A stretch of DNA of 63,428 bases, filler included, from Octopus bimaculoides (GCF_001194135.2; 6 parts of 5 records of this genome joined end to end with filler, not necessarily neighbours in it), one strand, 5' to 3'; numbered from the whole stretch's first letter, positions 39,267 through 54,654 are shown. Notes: generated from the sequence alone by a model not told the origin. Translations and numbers: made by a program.

Positions 39267-40045
39267 CATCTCTATTGTATATATATATATATATCTCTCT
39301 CTCTCTCTCTCTCTCTCTNNNNNNNNNNNNNNNNNNNNNNNNNNNNNNNNNNNNNNNNNNNNNNNNNNNNNNNNNNNNNNNNNNNNNNNNNNNNNNNNNN
39401 NNNNNNNNNNNNNNNNNNNNNNNNNNNNNNNNNNNNNNNNNNNNNNNNNNNNNNNNNNNNNNNNNNNNNNNNNNNNNNNNNNNNNNNNNNNNNNNNNNNN
39501 NNNNNNNNNNNNNNNNNNNNNNNNNNNNNNNNNNNNNNNNNNNNNNNNNNNNNNNNNNNNNNNNNNNNNNNNNNNNNNNNNNNNNNNNNNNNNNNNNNNN
39601 NNNNNNNNNNNNNNNNNNNNNNNNNNNNNNNNNNNNNNNNNNNNNNNNNNNNNNNNNNNNNNNNNNNNNNNNNNNNNNNNNNNNNNNNNNNNNNNNNNNN
39701 NNNNNNNNNNNNNNNNNNNNNNNNNNNNNNNNNNNNNNNNNNNNNNNNNNNNNNNNNNNNNNNNNNNNNNNNNNNNNNNNNNNNNNNNNNNNNNNNNNNN
39801 NNNNNNNNNNNNNNNNNNNNNNNNNNNNNNNNNNNNNNNNNNNNNNNNNNNNNNNNNNNNNNNNNNNNNNNNNNNNNNNNNNNNNNNNNNNNNNNNNNNN
39901 NNNNNNNNNNNNNNNNNNNNNNNNNNNNNNNNNNNNNNNNNNNNNNNNNNNNNNNNNNNNNNNNNNNNNNNNNNNNNNNNNNNNNNNNNNNNNNNNNNNN
40001 NNNNNNNNNNNNNNNNNNNNNNNNNNNNNNNNNNNNNNNNNNNNN

Positions 40046-40113
<68 letters not shown>

Positions 40114-41750
40114 CGATAGGTAGTTAGACATAGTTTGTGTATGTGTGTGTGGAGGGTGTGTGGTTGTATGCAAGAAATTATATATATATATGTAGATAGA
40201 CAAATAAGTAGATAGATATACATATATTTTCATGCTTGCTTTTAAGTCAAATTAAAATATAGTGAAAAGATTATTCAATGCGACAATGACGGAACATTGA
40301 TGTTTGTCGCTAAGAGAAAGGATCTGATGTGAATTGTCTCATTTGACTGTGACTTATTTTCCGGTGGTTTTCTTTTTACACAAGGCTCGTAGACAATATA
40401 TTCTCTCAGACAATATATTCTCAGGCATAAAAGCCGCAGCCGTTCCAACAAATGTCAACACACATGCCCTGTGTATGCAAGTTCGATTTCGTTTATATAA
40501 ACGAAGTAGTGTATATAACTACGCCTAATTCATAATTGAATTTATTTCCGTAGCATGAAAGGTTGGAACATAACAGCGGATGGTGTCTAAATCATTCAGC
40601 ATATAGTCATAGTCTGTGATATAGCCTATAGCGGGACTTCTTCGATGTGCGTCATTGAAAAGTCACAACAATGACGAAACATCGATGTCTGTAACTTTCA
40701 GGTATGCTTAACACCAGGCGCATTGAGAGTATATTTTCTTGCGCTTAAAAACACAGCCGATCCATGAACAAACAACACGCATGCGTGTCTGTTTGACTTT
40801 AATTATATATATATATATATATATATNNNNNNNNNNNNNNNNNNNNNNNNNNNNNNNNNNNNNNNNNNNNNNNNNNNNNNNNNNNNNNNNNNNNNNNNNN
40901 NNNNNNNNNNNNNNNNNNNNNNNNNNNNNNNNNNNNNNNNNNNNNNNNNNNNNNNNNNNNNNNNNNNNNNNNNNNNNNNNNNNNNNNNNNNNNNNNNNNN
41001 NNNNNNNNNNNNNNNNNNNNNNNNNNNNNNNNNNNNNNNNNNNNNNNNNNNNNNNNNNNNNNNNNNNNNNNNNNNNNNNNNNNNNNNNNNNNNNNNNNNN
41101 NNNNNNNNNNNNNNNNNNTATATACACGTGCATACACATATATGAAGTACATGTATATCTGTATTTTTTTCTGTCTTTCTGTCTCTGTATACAGCCCTAA
41201 CCGTCCGATACACCTACACGCACGCACAATTTTTCTCATAAAAAATCTCTAAGCAATATTCATTTGAAACAATGGACAAAAATTTGTTGGTTAAATCCTT
41301 TAAAACTTAGTATTGTCATATGAAGTGGCTTCAAGTGAAAAAAAAAATTGTTACAGCGATCGATAACATATCAGAATTTCTTTTTTGTATTCCATTTATA
41401 TAATTTTTCAAGAATTTCTGTAAAGATATTTATAAAGTGATATTTTTTTCTTTATCGTTTGTTAATTCATTACAAAAATAACTCTCAAGAAATATTTTAT
41501 CTACAAATTTTTGCCAATTATGGTTTTTGATGAGTTGTGGTGTGTATATATGTATTTATGGATGCGTGTGCATGTGTGTATATACATATGTTTCTGTGTG
41601 TTTGCGTATTTGTGTCCTAGTTTTGTTCTGTATAAATATATATATATATATATATACACGTACACGCGTGTATGAGTTTGTATATATACGCATATACATA
41701 CACATATATGTATATGCTAGTATATATATGCATATATACATATATATCGA

Positions 41751-41844
<94 letters not shown>

Positions 41845-42407
41845 TACGCACATTAATACTCTCACACATACGTATATATATGTATCATGCAGGCATATGA
41901 TATACACATACCCACTCATATACACACATATCTTTGTATGTGCTTGTGTGTTTGTGAACGTGCATATCTATATGACAGTATTATTTCTATATTTGTGTGT
42001 GTGTGTGTGTTTAAGTTTACGTGTGTGCTTCTACTGAATTATTTGTTACTGATAAAATGTAGAAATATGATGAAGTTAAGCAATTTCTCTAAGGAACCCA
42101 AACAAAATTTATGGAGAAAAGATCGGTAATAAGATATAATCTAATAGCAGAAATTACCATCTGTTCAATATTTGAGCAACGTTATAGCAATATATTCTTG
42201 TAATAGAATTCTTCATTTGTGGGACTGTAATACCATCAACTAGTCTATTGGGACTGTTCATTGACTAACGTATTTGTATATGTATGATAATTTGAGATAA
42301 ACGAAAGACTGATAAGGAAATAAAAGCTGTTATGAAACAAAAATTATCATAAAGACTGTCGTTTAGCGTGTAACTATTTGATAAAACCGCATTTATCGAT
42401 AACACCA

Positions 42408-42470
<63 letters not shown>

Positions 42471-43148
42471 TGTGTGTGTGTGTGTCTGTGTGTGTATTGT
42501 TAACCATTGTACAACGACACATTTTTAAAAGCATGGCTGCAAAACATAATGATCTTGTGGAGAGTCCTCAAGTGATTGAATTTATATATTTACTCAATAT
42601 GTATGAATATTACATTCTTGACTATAATTGCTTAAACGTTTCCGGGACGATAGCAAATTACATTTAACAATTGACGTATTATATTTTAACAAGTTATATC
42701 TCGGGAGAATATATACGATGTAGTTTCCTGACATGGCATCTCGAATACCAGTTGATGTCGTGTTGTTTGCATCGTAATATCTAAAATATGATTTTTATTG
42801 GAAGCATCACTTCTTTCTATAACATATAAACTTTTTATTACATAGTAACTGTAAGTTTACTATCGTGTTTTCAACACGATATCTAGGGGAATATATTGTG
42901 TCGTTTATTTTATTTCACAAAATGGTATCTACAAAATGGCGTCTGTATTTCCTCAACCGAAAATTTCCTATTTTACGATTCATATTACACACGTTCGGAG
43001 TTATAAGCACCTGCATTTGTATAAACGGCTACGCTTTACAAAAGTCAGATTTGAAACTCGGTTGTATGTGCAGTAGGGACAATTTCATCACGTCCACTAT
43101 AATAAAACGAGCCGGTACGTGGTCGTTCCTGCTTTTAAATATAGTAGC

Positions 43149-43188
<40 letters not shown>

Positions 43189-43315
43189 AGGTTATAAATT
43201 ACCATTTCATATACACACGCACAAAGACACACTCTCCGCACACACAGAAACGTACACATACACATTCACGCATACATATATTCTCTCTCTCTCTCTCACA
43301 TACTGACACACACAC

Positions 43316-43399
43316 TTTCGTGCTCACACTCTCGTGCTCACACTCTCGTGCTCACACTCTCGTGCTCACACTCTCGTGCTCACACTCTGGTGCGCACAC
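43316..43399 (+). repeat. Minisatellite, six 14-bp units (TCTCGTGCTCACAC)
   Basis: Four perfect internal units; first and last units are variant. Confidence 0.95.
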
Positions 43400-44358
43400 G
43401 GTGACGTGTATATGCAAAAAAAAAAATTACGCGCTTTTCTTATTTTTTATGTCTGTGAACGAACACCCCCACNNNNNNNNNNNNNNNNNNNNNNNNNNNN
43501 NNNNNNNNNNNNNNNNNNNNNNNNNNNNNNNNNNNNNNNNNNNNNNNNNNNTATATATATATATATATATATATATGGATATACATGTATGTATGTGTAT
43601 TTATCTTCACTATTGATATGCACCATCACTGTGAGATATATACCAATGCTGTAACTAACGAGTATGATTCGAGCTTTCCATAATTACTCTGTGTATCTAC
43701 CACCATTATAGTAATTTACCATCAATATAGATATCTGTATAACCTTCAATTCCTGCAGCTCCCTCGGCCATCAATGTACTTATAATAATCAGCAGCATCC
43801 CCAAAACTACATTACATTATGATGACTATTATTTTTAACGAACGTTATTGCTTTAGTCATTTACGACCGTCACAACTAATATTTTACAATCGTTAATAAC
43901 AACAACAACGACTACAACAATCGTAATAGCTACATTAGCCACAACAATAACAAAGAGAAAAATATAAGAAAATTTCCTAACACAGCACGTCATATCTCTA
44001 TCAGTAACATTATCTCACAACTGCATCACCACAAGCAACACAACATCGCCATAAGCACCGGGACACTGCAAGCACTGAAATACCACATTACAGCTCCATC
44101 GCACCATCACCGCAATTTCACACTTCCAAACACAAAGTTAAGGATAATTGCCTATTTCCTAACACAGCATGATTCCATCGTATTTGCCTAAACTCCACCG
44201 CCTTCGGCATGTTATTACACCACACGCACAGTACCTCCTTCGAAACATGCCCTAATACAAGCACAAATACACGTACATAAACATTGGCACCCACAGGAAA
44301 ATATACACACAAAGACAGGCATGTAAACATATACATAAAAAAATACACACATATAACC

Positions 44359-44405
<47 letters not shown>

Positions 44406-44938
44406 CATATATACAGACGCACACCACCAACATAAACGACAAAACACACACGAACCCTAACGCATGCACAAAAACATATATATAGAATCATCACGCATAC
44501 ACATAGACACACATAGGCATATACACAGTCACGCACTCAAAAATACATAAAAACTAACACATGTCCAGAAACGTATACATACAGCATTTATATACACATA
44601 CAGATACGCACGCACACAAATAAGATTCTCATAAACATACGCCAAAAAATTCTTAAAATTTTTTCTTTCCACCTGAACTTTTTCTCAAAAATAATCAGAA
44701 ACGTAAACAATAATTAAATTTCAATCTTAGCCACCATGCGAACTCAGCCACCATTCCACTTTTACTTCCTTCCCAACTCAACCAGCCCCGTCATTGCAAT
44801 GCTATTCCCTTCCACTTCCATAGTTCTGGAGTTAAATTTAAGGAATCTGTTTCTGCTGAAATTCCTGCCAAACACTAACACCAACACATCCAAATGATTC
44901 TTTTAGTTGTAGTAAGCACACATCACAATCATACAGAA

Positions 44939-44970
<32 letters not shown>

Positions 44971-45038
44971 ACATGCCTGAATACATACATACACACAGAC
45001 ATACATACATTCATGCAAACATACATGTATACGTACGT

Positions 45039-45069
<31 letters not shown>

Positions 45070-45987
45070 TATATATGTATATACATATATACATATATAT
45101 GCATATACGCAGAAACACAAACATAAATATTTACACATTCTCGACTCACACAGACATACATGCATGCTTACAGGCTTATCTACATATACAAACATAGTCT
45201 GGAACCGATACACACATATATCCATAGAAAGTCACACGCACAAAGATATCTCCACAAAACCACACACACATAAACACACACACACACACACACACACACA
45301 AAGAAACACACACTCACACGTGCACGCATACAAGCACGCCCTCATACGACTATACACACATACCTGTACACATACAACCACGATTGCGAGATTCACAGAC
45401 TCAAAGCTTTATACTTAGACACGTACACGTATGAAGATATGTATATATNNNNNNNNNNNNNNNNNNNNNNNNNNNNNNNNNNNNNNNNNNNNNNNNNNNN
45501 NNNNNNNNNNNNNNNNNNNNNNNNNNNNNNNNNNNNNNNNNNNNNNNNNNNNNNNNNNNNNNNNNNNNNNNNNNNNNNNNNNNNNNNNNNNNNNNNNNNN
45601 NNNNNNNNNNNNNNNNNNNNNNNNNNNNNNNNNNNNNNNNNNNNNNNNNNNNNNNNNNNNNNNNNNNNNNNNNNNNNNNNNNNNNNNNNNNNNNNNNNNN
45701 NNNNNNNNNNNNNNNNNNNNNNNNNNNNNNNNNNNNNNNNNNNNNNNNNNNNNNNNNNNNNNNNNNNNNNNNNNNNNNNNNNNNNNNNNNNNNNNNNNNN
45801 NNNNNNNNNNNNNNNNNNNNNNNNNNNNNNNNNNNNNNNNNNNNNNNNNNNNNNNNNNNNNNNNNNNNNNNNNNNNNNNNNNNNNNNNNNNNNNNNNNNN
45901 NNNNNNNNNNNNNNNNNNNNNNNNNNNNNNNNNNNNNNNNNNNNNNNNNNNNNNNNNNNNNNNNNNNNNNNNNNNNNNNNNNNNNNN

Positions 45988-46024
<37 letters not shown>

Positions 46025-47187
46025 AAATATATATATATATATATATAAATATTACCATGAAGTGGCATACGCATCAATATATAGAAACACTTTTTGTTAT
46101 GTAAACATGTATAAGCATATAAGCACGCTGTTTCACCCGTGCATATAGACATACATAATGATGTAGATACATGCAGGCATATTCAAGGATAAGTCCACAG
46201 ACGCCATACATATCTGCACATATGCTCAGGCATACATAAATAAATATATATGCAACCACGTACATAGTTACCTAAAATACTTGCAGAAAAAACACACACA
46301 CATTTACGTATATACAGACACGCACTCCGGCATATGCACATATGTTAAACACGCACCAACACATGCAGAATTACGCTCTCACACGTGCATTGTTACATAC
46401 GTACATAACCACAGATAGACATAAACACATACATGCACATTCCCCATACACTTACACACAAGTACACACAAATACAAGGCCATATACACACACATTGATA
46501 AACTCACACCCACATATATACACTCATACATCCATTTTCTCCTTAAAAACAACCATACCTCTTCAACGATTTCACTCAATTCTCATTCCATCAAAACACA
46601 TCGCTCCCTTGCCCACCGGCATCACCACCTCCTTACATCAACCTAACATCCATACACAGCACCAACCCTTAACTGAAGATACTTAATGCTGACTCTACTG
46701 TAAACAAATGAGTTCAATTACGGTTATAGTAAATGAGTGTAGTCGAGCGAGAGGTAAGCGCGTTGCCAGATAAGAGATGGATGACGGGCGATGGGCGATG
46801 GGATACGATGCGGTTTCAATCATTATTGGATGCCAAGTAAATTCCCACATGCCAAAAAATGTTATGTGGAAATACTCACAGATCTACGCAATCGCTTGAC
46901 TTGCCAGAAATAGCAGTGGAATTTCTTCGAAGCAAACACAATCAGTACAGAAAAAGGTAACATTAGCCAGAATTATCTTTTATTTTTTACGTCTTTCAAT
47001 CATTGGATTGTAGCCAGTTTGGGGCACGACGTTGAAGGATTTTTATTTATTCTATCGGTCCTGTTGCAGGGCCACTATGTTACAGTGACGCAAAAAAACA
47101 AACAACGGTTGTTAATGTATGGTAGTCGGTGACAACCACTGATATATAGACACGCACAAACGGAAACAAATACATAATTACATACAT

Positions 47188-47224
<37 letters not shown>

Positions 47225-49025
47225 NNNNNNNNNNTATATATATATATATATTCGTCAGGCTTCTACACAGTTTTCGACTACGAAATTCGCTCACAAGCTA
47301 TTGGTCGGCCTGAGGCCAATACAAAGACAGTTGCCCAAGATGCCGCTCATGTACTAAAAACAAAAATGCAAGTCACGACTGGACGGTCTTTGCTAATATG
47401 TCAGATGAATAAGAAATCAAACGGAAGTAGCACTCAATACACTATGATAAATTTACATGCATTAATAACAGATTGTTTCAACTGTAAATTGCCTTAAGTT
47501 CCGTTGATTTAAAATATGTCCGTCTCATCAGATGTTTGGCAAATGCGGAGAGAGTTTAAGAAGAAATTTCAAATTATATTTAAGCTTCCTTAGGTCACTT
47601 TAGCTCACATGGTTGTTTTCGCTATCATTGTGACATTATTTTATTGTTGGATCCACTTGTTAGAGTAGATATGATGTTGGCATCACCTTGTCGGCATTCT
47701 GCCGAATGATATATTTAGCAATATTGAATACTGCACTCAGAAGTGTAAACTAGACGACACCGTGAAGGAGAAATCATTCTGTAGTGTTTCGTATTTTACA
47801 ACAGTTAACATGAGCGATAACCAATTTATCAACGACAGTTTAAAAAAGAACTCACATGGTCAAAATTAGTAGTCTTTCCTTTGTACTAGCATTAGATATA
47901 TACTCTGTCAAACTGTGGGCCAGCTAGATACAGGGAGGTGGATACAGGTCATCAGCATCTGAAGATTTGAAGTTCATTCAGAGGGTAATTTTCCTAGTGA
48001 TTGTTAATGCAGATGGTAATAGATTATATGCAGATTTACTTTCCCCGACGGGAATGTTCACAATTTTGAGCTTCAAGTGACTAAGGAAGGGCCCTGTCAA
48101 AGACGATTCATCTGAAGTTCGGAAAGCAATTTAAATGGTGTCGGAATCTTCACATGAAGCGAGATGGGGAGGTAGACCTTACCCTTTCTCTACATCGAAA
48201 GAAATGATTGTGTTGTTTGTACCTACTATTCGGTTATTTAATCCCTTGCATCCGTATGTCTTGTGATACCATCGGATGGTGGGAGGCGAGAGTTTGTAAG
48301 CCACAGCATTTGAGAGTTAGTATATTCTCAATGGTTACTTTCTGGAGATATGTATTGAAGAATAGAGTAAAAGCGATATTATCTAAGCATGAGTAACTAA
48401 CATTGACGTCATCAAATCTAATGTGTGTGTGTATGTGTGTGTAAAAATTCTACATGTTAAATTTCTAAGATACTTTCAGAAAGTTATATATGATAAATAT
48501 ATGAAGATATATATATGTAAATCTCTTTCTCCCCCTTCACTCTCTCTCCCTCTCTTCTCCCCTCCTTTCTCTCTCTATATATATGTATATACATGTATGC
48601 ATGTATAAATATTTTCTATGTAGCTATGAATAACCAACTTTCTTTGTCTTTCTTTCTCAGCAGCTCGCTAAATATATGCAAGTATGGAATAAAAGACTTA
48701 TAATAATGTTAATTAATTATTTAGTTATTTAATTAAATCCACGCACGTGTGCTCTCTCACTATCTCTCTCACACACACAGACAGAGTATAAACACACACT
48801 CACACATACACACACACGCACACACGCACGCTCACACCCACACAGATATGTATCCACTATGCGGACACATCTTTTCTGGTTAATTTTTACGGTAAATTGA
48901 TAAATGTACATGAAAACCAATTAATCATACTGTAATTATCTTCTATCCACTAATAATAATAATAAATAATAATAATAATAATAATGATAATAATGATGAT
49001 GATGACGATGATGATGATGATGATG

Positions 49026-49073
<48 letters not shown>

Positions 49074-49572
49074 GAATAATAATAATAATAAGAGAATAAC
49101 ACCGGGGACGTTTAACAAATAACACCGGGGAAGTTTAACATGTGAGAACGATAAATCACTGCTCCGAAACTTATCCAAAAACATCGGAAATAAAGACATC
49201 GCATTGAGCCAAATAATAGCTGACAAAGGGTTGGATTATATCCGAGTAAGAAATATTCATTGAAATTTATTTCTATCTTTCCAAATATAATGATGTATTT
49301 TAACTTGATACCTCCACTACCCGCACAGCGATCGTAAACACACGTGTTACATCAAAATCAAACCATCTTCGAACCCCAAAACACCATGTACAAAAAAATT
49401 ACAAACAGATTAAATAACACCGGTATTATTACACCCAAGAATAACAACCGAGAAGTGCGTACTGTAAGCTTGTTACGAAAAAAATACGAAGATTTGAACG
49501 TGCAAAACAATCTGACAACAGAAAGAAACGAACCGGTACCCTACGAAAACGATGACCGTCAAAATAAATGAC

Positions 49573-49672
49573 NNNNNNNNNNNNNNNNNNNNNNNNNNNN
49601 NNNNNNNNNNNNNNNNTTAATTAATTAANNNNNNNNNNNNNNNNNNNNNNNNNNNNNNNNNNNNNNNNNNNN
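49573..49672. other. Artificial 100-bp linker
   Basis: 44N-TTAATTAATTAA-44N. Confidence 0.95.
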
Positions 49673-51571
49673 ATATATAAACACATGCTGATATATGACC
49701 TACGCTGGACTCCTTATTCGCATAATCACCGAATCTGGAGCTTAACTATGTTCTGTCCATAGCACTTACTCAGCATTACCTGACACCTTTGGGTCTTAGC
49801 GACACCATCACCTCTCATAACCTATATATATATATAATTCTGGTGGAGTGTATGTGTGTACGTACAACATTTTTGATTTTTCATTATGTGTAATATATGT
49901 AATATATAAATGTACATGATATATAATATATAAATGTTCATGTAATATTTAAATGTAGTTGATGAAAGCGAGTAAACTTTCTTGTTTCTCAAAGAACAAA
50001 ATGGTAGCGTAATTGATAAGGAATCCCACCCACATAGAGGTTTCTTCTGAATTTTCTCTGAGGCGCCCGGTTCAGGATTACACAATAATGCATTGGTTTG
50101 GATATATCTGAGAGTGGTGGTGTGTTACTTCTTGCCCAGGGTTGTTTGCGAAGGAAAACTTCACACATATAATCTGCTAATCCTTATGGTTATGTTTCGT
50201 TGGATGCAGATTGGTGCTTAAGTTACGGATGTGTCTGTTCGTTTGTGTGTCTACTTCTATTCAAACAAACCAATATAATCTAATATAATAAGCGTAAAAG
50301 CAAATAAGTATCTTTTGCTTTGAGATCTGTCTGACGATTACGCCTTTATGCACAGGAAACATAAGATGATCCCATAAACCGGCATTTCCCCATTTTCAGT
50401 ATATATATATATATATATCTTTATATATATATATATATATATATATNNNNNNNNNNNNNNNNNNNNNNNNNNNNNNNNNNNNNNNNNNNNNNNNNNNNNN
50501 NNNNNNNNNNNNNNNNNNNNNNNNNNNNNNNNNNNNNNNNNNNNNNNNNNNNNNNNNNNNNNNNNNNNNNNNNNNNNNNNNNNNNNNNNNNNNNNNNNNN
50601 NNNNNNNNNNNNNNNNNNNNNNNNNNNNNNNNNNNNNNNNNNNNNNNNNNNNNNNNNNNNNNNNNNNNNNNNNNNNNNNNNNNNNNNNNNNNNNNNNNNN
50701 NNNNNNNNNNNNNNNNNNNNNNNNNNNNNNNNNNNNNNNNNNNNNNNNNNNNNNNNNNNNNNNNNNNNNNNNNNNNNNNNNATATATTCATACACACACA
50801 CACACTGAATCTGGAATTATGTGTTTGAAAAGCATACTTGCCAATCAGCTACGTCTGTGCATTAAAAAGTATCTTATATATTTTGTTTATAATGCGTACG
50901 TACATACATACATACATACATACATACATACATACACACGTACATACTTTTCTCTTTCTTATTGGCATAAAGCCATTTTATACAGAGTTTACAGAAGGAC
51001 AAGACAAAAGACGTACATGGGGAAAGAAAAATAAACGAATAAACGATTCATAATGACTTATGAATTATTAATTAATGATGATGAAATAGCTTGCCACCTA
51101 CCAAAGCTGAAAGGTCCATTTAACTGTCCTAACTGTTCAATATTTATCTTGATTTATTACAATTATATTTTATCTTGTTTCAGTAATCCCAGAAAAAATC
51201 CAATTCTGCAAGCCCCCCTACAGCTGGCATCTATATCGTATTTCACTTTAATCGCCGTACATTCAATTCCTTTCACCAAATCTTTCCTTCAACTTTGTCG
51301 CTTTACCATCATCCAGCAGCACTGCTATGGTGTTTTTGTCTGACATTTTGACTCTTACAACGCCTTTTATCTTTGTTACCTGTTTTTCTATCTCTATGTT
51401 TCTTTCATATACGACCATTCATTTTTCTCATATTTTCCTGTTGGTATCTTCCCTGACTCTGTTCTTCTTTCCGGTCGTTATTTCTGTTTCTCCTCATCTT
51501 TGCTTTTGGAAGGCTCTGGTTTTCTTGTTCGGGTTCTACACACCGTACGTACACAGATTATGAGAGCACTA

Positions 51572-51633
<62 letters not shown>

Positions 51634-51670
51634 TGTGTGTGTGTGTGTGCGTGCGTGCGTGTGTGTGCGC

Positions 51671-51701
<31 letters not shown>

Positions 51702-52294
51702 AGACATTTCTATACACTGCTATGTGTATTTATATACACTTGCGGTAGAAGAAAATACATTTAAGCTGAGAACAGACGGACGAATACATATATTGTATAA
51801 GAGCTTGGAATGGAGAAGAAAAGAAATAAAACCACACGTTTTATAGTTACAGTGTTCTCGTTGTATTTGATATTAGAAGAGTGACTGAAACATTAGAAGT
51901 CGTATGTCGTCAACACCAGTCGTTGACCCTTCATCTCAAATTTAATCCATTCCTCTTAAATTCCTCTTAAATTCGAATTATATGTTGTTGTTAGACATTA
52001 AAATAAGAATACGCGAGATTATCAATTTTTAATACAGGAAATAAGTTGTGTCAATATAAAATCTCTGTCATAATACTGAGACCCATTTATCTTAATAAGA
52101 GGTATACTAAACTAGAATATACTTCCAGGTTATTGTAAATAGTTTATATACAGTGACGGATCAATGTTTGTAAAACAAATTTTAAAATTCTTCAGGAAAT
52201 TTCAAATGTTCTGTGTATTGCTAGGATTTAAAATATTCGATTTCTCAGACTTATATAGTGCTAAAATAAATCGTATGAATCAATAATTCTTTTC

Positions 52295-52487
52295 TAATCA
52301 AGGCACAATGCCCGAAATTTTGAGTGAGGGTGCCAGCCGATAAGATCGACCCGAGTACTTAACTGGTACTTAATTTATCGACTCCAGAAGGATGAAAGAC
52401 AAAGCCGACCTCGGTGGAATTTGAACTCAGTAGGTACCACTAAGCATTTCGCCCGGTGTGCTAACATTTCTGCGGGGTCGTCGCCCT
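52295..52487 (-). mobile_element. SINE family A
   Basis: Same diagnostic blocks as other family A copies. Confidence 0.88.
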
Positions 52488-53392
52488 GAATGAATCATTA
52501 ATTGGTCTAACAATGTGTTCGATTCACTAAGTGTGAACGTTTGACAGACACATTATCCATGTATGTAAACGCGTATTTCAGACGAGCACTCATATTCCTA
52601 CAATTTCAATTATGCAATCGATTCTAAATACTGCAACTAACGTGCAAACACTGAGGGTGTCTTCTGAAGAATTCTCTCATTTATATTTATATGGATTATT
52701 GCAGATAAATAGGGAAAATATCAATTGTATAGCTAGAAATTCCCTACTTAAATGATTATTTTCCCCACTTTTTCTAAGGTCAATTTAATCGTTTTAAAGT
52801 AGGTAGAATAATAATTACCAGTCACATACTGAGGTACATTCAATCTTTCTTCTCTTCAAAGAATTGCCTACTTTTGTGCTGGACCATAACCAAGAACTTC
52901 TTTGGATACATCCATTAATCTTCTTTGTTGTTGGACATATTTTAAGACCAGACCGCGTAAACTAATATTAAACAAATTTAATGTAATTATATGGCATTAA
53001 ATTTATTCAAAAACAATAACACTATGGAGAGTTATATGAAATTTGAAATTTAGAAATTCGGAATGAATAGAACTGCAATTATTATGGTGAGTACGATTGA
53101 GGAAAACACATTGTATTAATCGATTCCTATTTCCGTTATAGTAGTATCCTTTTGTAAATACTTTCTTCTCATTCACAAAGTACAAAGCTCAAGAATCTAT
53201 ATCAAACAGATAGTGTTCGACTGACGCATTGCAATGTCTACGTAAACAAGCAACCACAATGTTGGTGGCTACGTCTGAAGACTTGCTTATTTGTTCAGAG
53301 TTTAACGCTATAAACGTGTCAGTATGTGTGAGTGAATATGTGTGTGCGAAAGTAAGTGCTTAAATACGCGCGTACATAAATATGTTTATACA

Positions 53393-53482
53393 AGAGGCAG
53401 AATCGCTAACGCGCCGAACAAAGTGTTTTGCAGCAGTTCTTCCGGCTTTACATTCTGAGTTCAAATTCTAGCAGCGTCGACC
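53393..53482 (+). mobile_element. SINE family A, head only
   Basis: GGCAGAATCGCTAAC..TTCTGAGTTCAAATTC. Confidence 0.65.
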
Positions 53483-53785
53483 ATGTGAACCACACTCTTA
53501 CGACATGTGATAGTAAGATTGTGGTGTCGATGTCTTGAACGGGTTACGCGTTGTGTTCTTAAGCAAAACACTTCATTTCATGTTCCCTCCGCCCTATCTG
53601 CTGGCAAAACTGAGTAATTCTTACGACGAATCGGCGTCACGTCCAATAGGGAATACATGCGTCACAGAAAGTAGGAAACTGGGCCTATGAGTCTGTATGA
53701 CTAGGGAAAGAGCTTTATCCATTTTATAGGCATAATAGTGTTGTAAGATGTTTGCTTACAAATTACATAGTTCCAGGTTCAGTGA

Positions 53786-54140
53786 AAGTGCGTGGCTTAG
53801 TGGTTAGGGCATTCGGCTCACGATCGTAAAATCGTGAGTTTCATTCCCAGCGACGCGTTGTGTCCTTGGGCAAGACACTTTATTTGACGTTGCTCCAGTC
53901 CACTCAGCTGGCAAAAATTAGCAGTACCTGTATTTCAAAGGGCCAGCATTGCCATACTCTGTGTCACGCTGAATCTCCCTGAGAGCTACGAGAAGGGTAC
54001 ACGTGTCTGTGGAGTGCTCAACCAGTTCTACGTTAATTTCACGAGCAAGCTGTTCAATGAAAGAGCCTTGAATCTAGGTTAGAGATCGGCTCTTTCTCTA
54101 TTGGTAAGAAATCTTGGAATAAAACTGAACAATGACATAC
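53786..54140 (+). mobile_element. tRNA(Arg)-like, CORE-type SINE family C
   Basis: GTGGCTTAGTGGTTAGGGCATTCGGCTCACGATCGTAA (ACG in loop), GTGTCCTTGGGCAAGACACTT, TTGCTCCAGTCCACTCAGCTGGCAAAA. Assignment to the published octopus OR families is not verified. Confidence 0.82.
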
Positions 54141-54229
54141 ACGTATACATATATACATACATACATACATACATACATACATACGTACGTACAAAGTCTA
54201 CTTTCCACAATTTTAAACTCGTGAGCAAC

Positions 54230-54286
<57 letters not shown>

Positions 54287-54654
54287 TGTCCTATAACTGT
54301 TTGTCTCTCTACTTTTGTAGGGTGTGCTCGTGTGAGATTTAAAAATTACGTTAAAATATTCAAATTTGGTATATTGAAAAGATTTTCCGCGTTAAATCCG
54401 ATTTCATTATTTATTTGTACCAGAAAAATTGCAGAAAAATGTTACTGTGGTTTAAAGTTTAATCAATTTTAGCTAATCCGAAAACAGGATTTGGAAGCAT
54501 GCATTTTCTACATGATAGTTCGCATTTTCTGCATCATAATTGTTTATCACAAAATGAAAGCAAAATCATTAGGAGGAAGAATTTTTTATTAAACAAATGA
54601 AGGCAAAGTATTACGACAACCAAAGTTGTAAGAACGTCTGAGAAGTGGCTCAGA

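Noticed and set aside
43316-43399. CRISPR-like array
   Set aside because: Contiguous 14-bp units without spacers in eukaryotic DNA; a plain minisatellite.
47675-47869. 64-codon open frame CWHHLVGILPNDIFSNIEYCTQKC...
   Set aside because: No ATG at the start, no in-frame usable acceptor, no recognisable domain; this length is expected by chance somewhere in 63 kb.
49344-49571. Hydrophilic 75-aa ORF (..MYKKITNRLNNTG..)
   Set aside because: No homology recognised; short and at a segment edge.
51130-51300. Possible RTE endonuclease relic (..ELDFFWD..LGQLNG)
   Set aside because: Motifs too degenerate to call without a profile search.
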